A stretch of 56,683 bases of DNA, filler included, from Jimgerdemannia flammicorona (Eukaryota), in the NCBI GenBank assembly GCA_003990765.1. It is 3 parts of 3 records of this genome, joined end to end, with 100 filler letters (N's around TTAATTAATTAA, not from the genome) between each part and the next. Parts side by side here need not be neighbours in the genome. Positions count along the whole stretch, not along the records: positions 18,931 to 37,759 come from RBNJ01002099.1; 2 more parts are not named here. One strand, 5' to 3'. Shown here in pieces: positions 24,076-34,685 of this stretch (its first letter is position 1; the number at the start of each line of letters is the position of its first letter). The position numbers were made by a program, and so were the translations under genes. Below the pieces are notes generated by a model. It saw nothing but the letters and a program-made list of their open reading frames with translations, was not told the origin of the DNA and did no database searches.

Positions 24076-24538
24076 TAGAACGAACGAATGAGCGAACAGA
24101 CGATATGCGACATGTGACGACGAGCGATCACGTGACCCAGCGAGAACGTCATCATCGATCGAATGCGACTTATAATATTATGAACGACGCGAATAAACGA
24201 TATCCAGCTTATCCCCAGCAACCGGTGCCACAGCAACCAGCACCGCAGCAGCTGATCATTGTCTAGCAATTGAGGTCCTGATCACAAAGTGTTTTTTGAT
24301 CACAAACCACCTGACAAAGTCATGATCATAAACCTCACTTATACTTAGTCAGAAATCACAGACCAAACTTGTATAAATACTCCTCAGTTTCTATCTAAAA
24401 TAAAGACAGTTTTAGTTCAGTCTTTGATATAAGAATCAAATCTCTCCTTTACACACACACATTCCCCTGAGTCTTAGTAATAATATCTAAGTAACTCTAG
24501 TATTTCTGACTAAACTCCAGAAGCCTAGCTAACTTCTG

Positions 24539-24540
<2 letters not shown>

Positions 24541-24619
<79 letters not shown>

Positions 24620-24700
24620 GTCTCTTGGACTCCTTCCTTTATTAATACAGCCATTTATTCTATATATAATACACTAAGCCCACCTCTATCTGATCTCTCT
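24541..24700 (-). mobile_element. Short LINE 3' end with poly(A) tail and 15-bp TSD
   Basis: TSD TAGCTAACTTCTGTC (24526-24540) and TAGCTAACTTCTATC (24701-24715). Sequence next to the poly(T) matches the LINE 3' end at 43624 onward. Confidence 0.85.
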
Positions 24701-25488
24701 TAGCTAACTTCTATCAGAACTAAGACTGGTATATAAATTACAAAGACTTAAGTAAACTCATTAAATCTGAATTCCAAGGTAAATTCAGTCTGTATATAGC
24801 AAAGAACAAGTCTCTTACAATCAAGGTTGATAAGAAGAGTACTGCTGCTATAACTACTTTTAAGTGAGTATTTTCTTAAACTAAAGACTTTTTAGTATAT
24901 ATTATATATTAAGTCTCTAAGTAATATCTTATTTCTCTAATTATTCAAAAGATAAGAGAGGGATAGAAATAAGAGTTATTATAATAATATTTGAATTAAA
25001 TCAAATCAATTCAATTTGAATACTATATATATATCTACTTTAAATTGATTTAAATCATTTATTTGAGAACACTAGTTTTTTGTAAAGGTTAGATAGTTAG
25101 GTACCTCTTTTTATAGCTTTTTACCAAGCTCTACTAGCCCCTTGGTCTTACTTTGTAATACTGTTGATATAGTATTGTAATGTAGGACCAGAGTGTCTAT
25201 AAGGTTCAAATCTGTACCAAAATCTGACTGCTTAAAGCTGCTTCTTACAATAGATCATTGGGCTATAAATTTTATATACTCTCTTTAACTTGAACTTCTA
25301 TACTAACTAATAGCTTGAGATTATCTCTTGCTGCTGGCAGAGGGCTACAAATTTTGCACACTCTCTTTACCAACTCTGCTGATCTCTATTCTACTTAGAC
25401 TGCTCAAGAGTAGCTCTTTGTAGCTAGTGAGGGACTATAAGCTCTAGTATACTCTCTTTGTCTGCTATCTTATACTTTAAGCTGAACT

Positions 25489-25563
<75 letters not shown>

Positions 25564-27537
25564 TGTAGAACTTGCTCAATTTTAATAGTCTATACTCCAT
25601 TAAGACTTTAGATATATATAAGCTCAGATTGCCTCAGCATTCAGCATATATCTCTTAAGAGAAATGAGATTTACTTTACTAGAGAATATCTACTCAACTA
25701 GAGTATTGATGATAGAAATGATCAAGTAGTTCTGAGCCATATTATATAGACTAGAGAAGTCTGTTTGATGCATCTATGGCTACATACTCCAGAGAGTAGA
25801 ATAGTGATTAGATTGATAGTTAAAATTAGTATAATCCTGCTAATTATCAATAAGAAGACAACTTATCTTCTATCAGTTGAGTATCTTTATACTCTTTAGT
25901 AAGATTATATAGTCACTAATAAAGTAAATAATGAGTTTATCTATTGATGGCAGTTTCTCCACTAATGGCTCTCTCTTTCTCTTTTTGCTAAAGCAAATAT
26001 ATAATAAAAGAGATTCTTCAGCATATTTATCTAAACTTTGGTCAGAACCTTATAGCAGTATATAGTTTTTCTAGTATATTTTAATTATGACTTACTTAAT
26101 GTAGTACTGCTTCCAGCCCTGATCTTTATGGTATTATAGTTTTAAGTATAGATTCAATACTATTTTGAGAAAGAAAGTAAGTTTCTCTTTTTTGGAATAG
26201 ATAACTACTATACCAATATATCTATACTAATAAAGTATATAATGATATCTATTTTAGAGTAGTATTTTCTAAGCTTACTTAGAGTAATCTCTACAGTATC
26301 TCTCTGATCTGGGCTAAACCAGAAATCATCACTACTCTTCAGTTTATCCTCAAGCTTATTCTCTAGTTAATTAATTAAAATATTATATATATTCTAATAT
26401 TATAGAGCTTATTTTCAGAGTAGTTTGTTTGACTATATTCTTCATATAATCATTAAAATACTAATAGTTAAGAATAGTGAATTGTTATATTACTATATAA
26501 AGACAGATAAAATGAATATAGAGCCAAAGTAATTATTACTTACTTCCAAAACTCTGACAATATTCCTTAATATATTCTACTTGTTTTTATTTATAGTCTT
26601 ACTCCACATTTCCTTATAAGTAGTAATTGTAAAATCTATCAGTTTTTTTTTTTTAAAAAAAAAAAATTTTAGTTTAAAATTAATTAACATTTCTTAATTA
26701 TCTGAAACAATTTGCTTTAGCTAATTAAAAAAAGAGTATATACTTTAGCAAACTTCAGTATATGCTAGATCATTACAAATGTCAAGTTCTAATATATAGA
26801 TATCTAATATTAGCTCTTTTAGAACTAAACTAATTACTCTATACTATATAGTAAATTTGTCTCATTATTGTAGAGATGATTAGATTAATACAATCAGTTT
26901 GTATAGCTTGGAAACAATACTCAGAGGTTCTTTACTTTCAGATATTTTGTCTATATATATAAGATAATTCTAAACAACAAGGTTCAGTATGTGGGCCTGA
27001 TAATATATATAGTAGTTTTCTATACCAAAGACTATATTTTCCTATTAAAATTAGTTGCTAAAATTTGAAAAAAAAAAAAAATACTATATTGTTTGTAGTA
27101 TTATCTATTATAATAGTCAAAATCTATACTTGAAATTTTCAGTTAGCAAATTTATACAAAAATAAATAACTATTAATATCTATTTTGTTTTAAGACTTTT
27201 CTCAAAATACTAACTAGATGGTAGTTTTCTCTTTTTATCTTGGTTGTAATCCTAAGCTCCTAGATATATATAACTAATAAAAACATCTGTGATGTTTTTT
27301 TCAAAATAAGAACTAGCAAGTTTGATAAAGTTAAGGATAAGAGATTTAAGTTACTAATTGAGATCAATCTAATAACTAGTAATACTCAGAAATGAAATTA
27401 TATTGAGAGATGTCTATGTATCAATTATAAATAAAATTCTGCCTACCAAATTCTATTTATTGAATGTAAGATTAAATTGGTGAGCTTTATATATATATAT
27501 ATTCTTATAATTGAAAAGTAAAAATTAATCCTATATA

Positions 27538-27850
27538 TAGTACTTGAAATGAATTAAATTAAATCAAATTTGTCTCCAATTTGATTTAATTCAATTTAAA
27601 TTGAGACTCAATTCAATTCAAAGTCTAATTTGAATCTAATTTTTCAAAATTCAATAACTTAACCAAAATATATCCAAATTTAATAAATTTTAGCTTATTC
27701 AATATGCCTTATAATAGAGAAACTAGTATAATAAAGAATATTAAATTTAGACATATTTTCATTAAGTTATTATATTTTGAATTTGGAATAAATATTTCAA
27801 ATCAAATTAGGCCTCAATTTGATTTAATTCAAATAATTTAATTTGTTTGC
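27538..27850. mobile_element. Degenerate hAT-family MITE remnant
   Basis: Begins TAGTACTTGAAATGAA, with AATTCAA/TTGAATT-rich subterminal repeats like 53872-54180 and 54947-55303. The right TIR is not intact. Confidence 0.55.
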
Positions 27851-28099
27851 CAATCCAGATAAGCTATAAGTTACTTTTTAATAAACTTTATCTTATATAT
27901 CAAGTTAAAAATATAAATATAACATCATCTGATCCAGCAAATAATTATATAAAAAACATCAACATTAAATAATTAATGCAAGGGCAATTTTTAATGCAGG
28001 TGGACAAGTCTATTGTAATGTCATTACGGCATCCAGCATCCAGCACATCAAATGTGCTATCGTCCTGACAGGAAAAAAAAAAAAAAAAACCTCAAGATT

Positions 28100-30302
28100 T
28101 CATAAATCCATTCCAGCAACATCTGTCATTTGTAACACCAAACACCTCTCCCATCCCTGGCGATCCTTCCTCACCTCCACCAGCTTCATGCATGGCTCGA
28201 ACATTCGTCCGACACGGGATACCATTCCTTTACCGCATTCAAGCACCAGCCATCCTCCATCCTTCCTCAAAAGTTTCCCATGCCCGCGCCTCAAAATTTG
28301 ACTCAACACGCGGTAGCATTCGTACCCATCCTCCCCTGAGAAAATCGCCTCCCGAGGCTCGAAATCGACCAATGCGCCGTAATGATCCTTGCGCGCGACC
28401 GTGGTCTCGCTCAGGTAAGGGGGGTTGCAGACAATCATGTCAAACGGTAAATGGGGTATCAGCGCTGAATTTTCGTGGCCTTTGTCAAGAAGAGCAAGAT
28501 CAAGGTTTAAGAAGGTTGTATGAAGCGAGAGATCGAAACGATTGGCGTTCTCAACGGCTAAATCGAGAGCACCTTGACTGATGTCTATTCCAACACCATG
28601 CATATTGAGATCGCGAATGTTGTAAAGGACGGATAGAAGGATATTGCCACAGCCTGTACCAATGTCGAGAATGCGTATGGGCCGAGAGAAAAGTGACGGC
28701 ATTTCCTGTGTGGCAAAGCTCTGTTTCAGGATGTCTAGTGTTGATTGAACAATTATCTCGGTGCTTGGTCGTGGAATCAGACAAGCCCGATTGATCTTGA
28801 ATCGAAGGCTATAAAATTCCTAGACCATCAAACTATAGGTTAGCATTGATGTAATGGTAATATCCAGGGAAGTGATCAAAATGCATCTTCAAATTTCCAC
28901 TCACCTTTTCCCCAACAATGTACGCAACTGGGATATTTTCCGCTCCATCATATTCCACTCGATCTATTTCATTGCCCTCATATATCCCGCCTTTCTCCTC
29001 ATCTCCATCAAATTTAATATAACCCACACCCGCCATTTTCAATTCATCTTCTTCCTCCTTCTTTTTTCTCTCCCAGAATCTCTGCTCCCTTGCCCGAATG
29101 ATCTCAAACTTCGCTGGTTCTTCTTTCTCGACTTTCACCCAGTCCTTCTTCATGGGATGCCCAAAATTGACCTCCAATACCGCCAAATATAGCCCCTTAT
29201 CTCGATTTGATTTCAGTGGCTTCGTGTACGTTGACCCTCCGACGATTGGGTGTTTAGTAGAAAAGTAGAAGAACCGGCGGAGGTGCAGGCCTGTTGCAGG
29301 AGCCGCAGGCCACACGTCGATGGTGGAGAGGTAGGAAGAGGAGTTGCTGCGGCTTGTGGACACAAGGGCGAACGAGCGTAGGGGGTTGGTCATAGCCGCG
29401 GTTGATGGGGTGTTGGCGGCTTTGTCGTCGACATCGTCTCCGTCTTCGTTGTTTTCGTCGTCTTCGTTGTTTTTGTCGTCTTCGTTGTTTTCGCCGTCTT
29501 CGCCGTCTTCGCCGTTTGCAGCTTGGATAGTTGCGGTAGTCGTGCCGTCGTGAGAAATGTATCGAGTAGGCAATATCTCAGAAATATTTGAGGTGACGCG
29601 GCCGTGGCATATCAATCGATAACGAATGATAATTTCACCGTTCTGAAAGGCTTCGAAAAGTCTTTCTTTGGCTTGCAAGGTTTTCGCGACAATAATCTGG
29701 ACGGTGGAGGAATAAGGAAAATAAAAGTTAAACGGATTGACAGAAATGCGGTTATCCGATCGCATACAATAACCTACCAGCCCGTACGCCGCCTTTTCCA
29801 ACTGGTACACACACCATACCCTCTGCCTCCCACCAATCCCCCTGTTTTTGTGTTCACTCTCGCCATTTTTCTTTGCCTTCCTCACTATCAGTCCCACGGC
29901 CTTTTCAAACTTGTTAAAATTCATGCCGGCAACCTTCCATGCCACGGCCACGTCGTCGTCCTCCCACACGACGTCGACGTCGAGTCTTTCGAGGGTCTGC
30001 CGCTCGTCTTCATCCTTATCGTATCGCAACTCGACGAGATCGCCCTCCTTAAGTATGCGGGTCTCCTCCGCAACCTCACCGTTTACGCGTACCTCGCCGC
30101 GCCGGAAGGAGCGCTGGCATCTTAGTTTGGATCCTAATCGAGCGACAGTAAATAAGTTTTTGGCGCAGTGTAAGTCCCGTGTGGCAAATTTTCAACACTC
30201 ACCAACTACGGAACGATAGTGTGCTGTCAGGTACTTGAGGGCACGGAGGCCATTGCAGTCCTGGTGGACGGTTACCTGTAGGTGTGAGATCCTGTCCGCC
30301 AT
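28100..30302 (-). CDS. Fusion: S4-like domain + RluA/RluD-family pseudouridine-synthase-like domain (catalytic motif altered) + HemK/PrmC-like SAM methyltransferase; about 655 aa, 4 exons
   Basis: Exons 30302-30203, 30133-29778, 29696-28905 and 28819-28100 splice in frame (GT-AG). S4-like GEVRVNGEVAEETRILKEGDLV. RluA-like LDVDVVWEDDDVAVAWKVAGM, YQLEKAAYGL, HPIVGG and LYLAVLEVNFGHP. HemK PVAYIVGEKEFY...LIPRPSTE, ILDIGTGCGNI, NPPY and FEPREAIFSGEDGYECYR. Confidence 0.88.
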
Positions 30303-30406
30303 TTTGTTGTTAATGTGGCTGAGAAGAAGAACAAGCCAAGCCACACGACCTTTTTTGTCTTGTATCGGATCGGGTATTACAGCAATCCTATCCCTTTCCT
30401 TCAGTC

Positions 30407-32502
30407 ATGATTTTGGGCTTCTGGGGTCTCCACGTTCTTCCTGAAAAAGCTTACACCCAGGTCGTTGATGCTGCCTTTCGCCTTACAATGGTTTGTAGCA
30501 AGCTTGCGCCCCTGGTTGTGTCGTGTTTTTGCGCACCTTACAAACATATTCTCGACGCGTCTTTTTTTTTTTTTTTTTTTTCCTGAATAGGCCGCTCTCG
30601 GCGACGACGCCAAAGGCGGAGAGCGCTCATGCCTGAAGGTTACCGTGAACCAAAGCGATTATATCTTGTGTTCTTTGACATTTGGCAAGGTAAGGCGATA
30701 CTGTCTGTTAAGACGAAATAAAAATAAAAATAAAAATAAAAAAAAAGGTGTCGGAATGAGAGGAAGGAGGGAAGAGGGTAAAATACCCACTGTGCTAATG
30801 AGCAAGACCTTTCGATTCTTATAATCTCCCAGGTCGATCAGCAAATACTGGACGTTGCCTTCGTTGAAGGCGAGGAAATCACGTTCTCCGTTTCTGGCAA
30901 AAAGTATGATTTACCCAAATGAGAATACAATCCTTGTTTTGAACTTTTTCTTTTTTTACTCATAGAATACCTGCTTCTTATTGTCATGGCTTCAAACTGT
31001 CACAGCTCCGTCCACCTGACGGGCAATTACATTCCTGATGAGGGCGAGGAATTGAACCCTTACGATCACAGTTTTTTGGAACTTGATAGCGACGAGGAGC
31101 TGGATAGCGATGAGGAAGAGGAATCCGAGGAGGTGGATGATAGCGATAGCGATATTGATATCAAAACTAAAGGGGCTCAACGTTTGGGTACGTGGAAGAT
31201 TTGTGCCATATGTGATTTTGTGAGCTTCGGCATCCTCAACAAATGAGCACATTACTCATCTTGTCCTTATAGTGTACTTCGATCCGGATTCCGACGACGA
31301 TGAATCAGAAAACGACGAGGATGACATCCTAGTCAACGAGCACAAAAAACGCCCGTCTGCCACCAATGGTTTGACGTCTTCCATCGCACAACAACAGCCC
31401 GCCAAAAAGCAGAAGAAGGCCGCGGAATTCAATGACGTGGGTGAGCCACAGGAGAAAAAGGAGCAGCAACAGTCAAAGAAGGAAGAAAAAAAGGATAAGC
31501 CTTCGAAGAAGGAGGAGAAGAAGGAACCCCTGACAAAGAAAGAAAATAAAAAGGCGGAGACACCTGTGAAGAAGGAAGATAAAAAGGAAGAGCCTAAATC
31601 GGAAGAAAAGGTATATTTTTACAAGGCTGCTTCCAATTTGGTTTGGGTAGAGGCATATTAGTGAGAAGTCGTAAGTAGAAATGGCAAATTGGATGAAACA
31701 GGTGGTGACCGATCAATATGTTGTAACCATTGAACTATCTTAATCTGTATTTTCTTATGGTACGTTTCACCGTCAAATATGCAAGAAGCCCAAGAAGCAG
31801 ACCCTCCCTAATGGCCTCGTGATAGAGGATATCAAAATTGGGACAGGGCCTAAAGCCAAGGCTGGCAAGAAGGTCTGTGACTCAACGTTCATTATTTCTG
31901 GGCTTCGTTAATACATATTTGCATATCTCCTTGTATCCAACAAATTGTAACGCATTGAATCCCGCACATCACAATAGATTGGAATGCGTTACATTGGTCG
32001 CCTTACCAATGGCAAGGTCTTCGACAAGAATGTGAACGGAAAGCCATTCCATTTCAATTTGGGCAAAGGCGAGGTCATTAAGGGTACGTCTATGATTTCT
32101 TTTTTTTAAAAAAAAATTGTCGGTTTCAATTTTCTTTGTGTTGATATTCCTTCATCGACGCAATATTGTTCCATTCACGGCACATGTCCAGGTTGGGATA
32201 TTGGTATTGCAGGCATGCAATTGGGTGGCGAGCGCAAGCTTACAATTCCGGCTACCCTGGCGTATGGGTCTCAGGGTTCGCCACCAGATATCCCAAAGAA
32301 TGCAACTCTGGAGTTCGAGGTTGGTAAAAAGATTATTGTTGTGAAAGGATTCAATGATTTTTTTTTTTTTTTTTTTTGGGGGGGGGGGGGGGGGGTGGAT
32401 TATCATTATTATTATTATTAGTGAAAGATACGCATCATCCTTAAGGAAATCTTTATTCTTATTGTTTGTTGCCCACAGGTCAAGCTTATTCATATGAAAT
32501 AG
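30407..32502 (+). CDS. Nucleolar nucleoplasmin-domain FKBP peptidyl-prolyl isomerase (Fpr3/Fpr4/FKBP39-like), multi-exon
   Basis: N-terminus MILGFWGL...FRLTM/AAL, LCSL, VHLTGNY, then an acidic and Lys-rich linker. FKBP domain [51 protein letters not shown]...[13 protein letters not shown]. Confidence 0.95.
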
Positions 32503-32757
32503 CTGTATAAATCGATATTGGATATAATTTAGTTTGACCTTATTCGAAAATCGATTCTAGAATAGGCTGTTTATTCCCAATTAAATGCAAGAGGGGAAGA
32601 GTTTTTTGTCACGAGTCCGTTTTGCTGACGACTTCTTGCAAAAGAAATATTAAGTGCCAACAAACCAAGGCATTGCAACAAATAGTTGTTTCTCTAGCCA
32701 CAATGTTCTTTACCATTTTACTAGGCAAATCATCTTACACCCGCTGCCATTATACCA

Positions 32758-34088
32758 CTATGCCTCAGGATCTTCCTCCCCCACAAAATTTCTTGTAAAT
32801 TCGTCCAAAATTCCTGTCATTCCTGCTGCCCCTATAATCATTGGCTCCGAGTTTTCATGCCCCTCTGTCGCCACCTCCGTGACTTTGTCGGCCAGTACCC
32901 TCCCGACACGATCTGCCCCCGTGGTACGCACCACCCAGCCGGCCCAACTAACACCCACATCCCACGTCCGCCGCTTAATGACATACAGTACCACACCCAG
33001 AAAAACCAACAAGCCGAGCCCAAGCAGAATGCGATCGAGCCAATCCGACTGCTCGAGTTTTGTGATAGCCTGACGGGAGGATTGAACAACGCCGGAGAGG
33101 TCGGTGTAGGCAGTGCGGGTAGCCGAGAGTGTTCGCGATGAGTCAGCTGGTTAAAAGCAAGACAAATACGGTCGGTTAGAAGAAGCACAGAAGACTCAAT
33201 AACGGTATAATGGCCGAATCCAATACAGTACATACCCAGCACTCTCGTGGTCACTTCGCTCTTCTCAACCTCTTCCTCCATGAGTTTGGTCGTACGCTGT
33301 AGTTGTTCAGTTACATCGCTATGTTTTCGGAGGATTGCCTCCTCGACACTATTGTTTAGCGCAAGCAGACTGTCGTTTAGATAATGTTATATACCGCCGG
33401 AATTCTACATACATCCCTTCCTCGCCAAAAGTTCAAGCCATACCTCATCCCCTTTCTTTGCCTCAAATCAGACTGCTCGTCTTCATCCTTTCCAGGCTGT
33501 CGCGAAGGGGCAAAAAGCAGCTCCCGATCGATTCGTGTTTGGGCATCCGCGTTTTGTTTCGAGCGCAAAATGGCCTCGCGAGAGGAGATCTGGAGCCTGC
33601 ATATAATATCATTTACTTGAGAGAAGCGTTGCTGTGAACAAGAAGACCGCAAAATATCGACATACATTTTGAGTTGCTCTTCGTGTTTCGTTAGGTTGTC
33701 TAACACAGCGCGTCGAACGAGCTGGTAATCTTGGTCGTCAGCGGCATTACGTAGGCTCTAATTGCGGTACAGGGGCAAGGTAAGGTTCCGAGTGGTCGCA
33801 ATAGAGAAAGCGTACGTCTGTATCCGAGCCTCCCTATCTTAAAGTCGAGCCGGTTCTCCCGTCCCTGCGCGGCTTTCGATTCTTCGGAATGTCAATGTAT
33901 ACCTCTATATCTCTTTGGAATGCTTTCACAGCCTCTCTAACGACGGAGGTTAGCTCTTGCTGCACACTGAAGGGTCCTGGCAGCTCGCGCAATCGGGCAA
34001 TGTCACGGTCGATCTGGTCTTTGGTGGTTTGAAGGGTGTTGAAGCGCTGGAGAATTTCGGGAGGAATTTGGCTGTTTGTAGGAGGCAT
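32758..34088 (-). CDS. SEC20: ER SNARE Sec20/BNIP1-like (multi-exon)
   Basis: RELLF, DVTEQLQRTTKLMEEEVEKSEVTTRVL/ADSSRTL...SRQAITKLEQSDWLDRILLGLGLLVFLGVVLYVIKRR is the Sec20 domain plus TM. Confidence 0.87.
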
Positions 34089-34316
34089 GGTAATGTCCAA
34101 AGAACTAACGGTGACTGTCAATATCTATGCTGTCTACAACACTATTCGGAAAAAAAAAAGTCAGCTCTTCCTGAGATAAAGAAAGAAACGAACATGACAT
34201 ACTCCGTTCGCCCGTTCGCCTTGGAATATTGACCAACTTGCTCTGTCTCCAGAGGTTAGTGATTGGTTTCATTCTATTAACAATATAGTGTTTAATTATC
34301 TATCATCCAATCTTAC

Positions 34317-34390
34317 TAGTGCTCCGAACGAGTCAATTCGAATTGTGCTGTTTCTGATTTGAACAATTCAAATCAATTTGAATTGTAAAT
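34317..34390. repeat. hAT-MITE terminus with CpGs retained, upstream of SEC20
   Basis: TAGTGCTCCGAACGAGTCAATTCGAATT resembles an unmutated form of the TIRs at 19147, 27538 and 38005. Confidence 0.55.
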
Positions 34391-34685
34391 GGTTTTTATT
34401 TTCTAAAATAGAAAAAAAAAGATAAAAACTAATTGTTATTTAGTGTTTCCAAAATTTTTACTTCAACTCAAATCAAAACTAACATTCTAGCTCTGATCTG
34501 GATGCGTCGGGTTTACATGCGCTGCCAAATGACACAAATGATATGAAGATCAAGGAAAAACCAACAAAAAACTCGAAAGTGAGGACGGGAATTTGAAGGG
34601 ACAAGACAGGTGTCGTTGAGAGTTTTCTCTGACGGATGTAATTACTATTCTTTGTACATTTCAGAATGTTCCCGATATTATTATT

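Larger units (their letters stand above)
23757..25074. mobile_element. Non-autonomous hAT-type element with about 85-bp TIRs and 8-bp TSD, carrying internal cargo
   Basis: Left TAGTACTCCCAAATAAATGATTTG... versus reverse complement of the right end TAGTGTTCTCAAATAAATGATTTA.... TSD GTTTTTTA (23749-23756) and GTTTTTTG (25075-25082). Confidence 0.85.
19147..27480 (-). mobile_element. hAT element copy A (TIR-like end, cargo ORF, transposase), hypermutated and interrupted by nested insertions
   Basis: Starts TAGTACTCCAAATGGA. Segments 19147-19456, 21943-23756 and 25075-27480 align colinearly with 38005-43400. The transposase remnant lies at about 25600-27480. Confidence 0.8.

Noticed and set aside
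29697..29777. VGYCMRSD...STVQ as a protein insertion in the RluA-like domain
   Set aside because: It is an 81-nt GT-AG intron that happens to be in frame and stop-free. Removing it restores YGL-IIVAKT.
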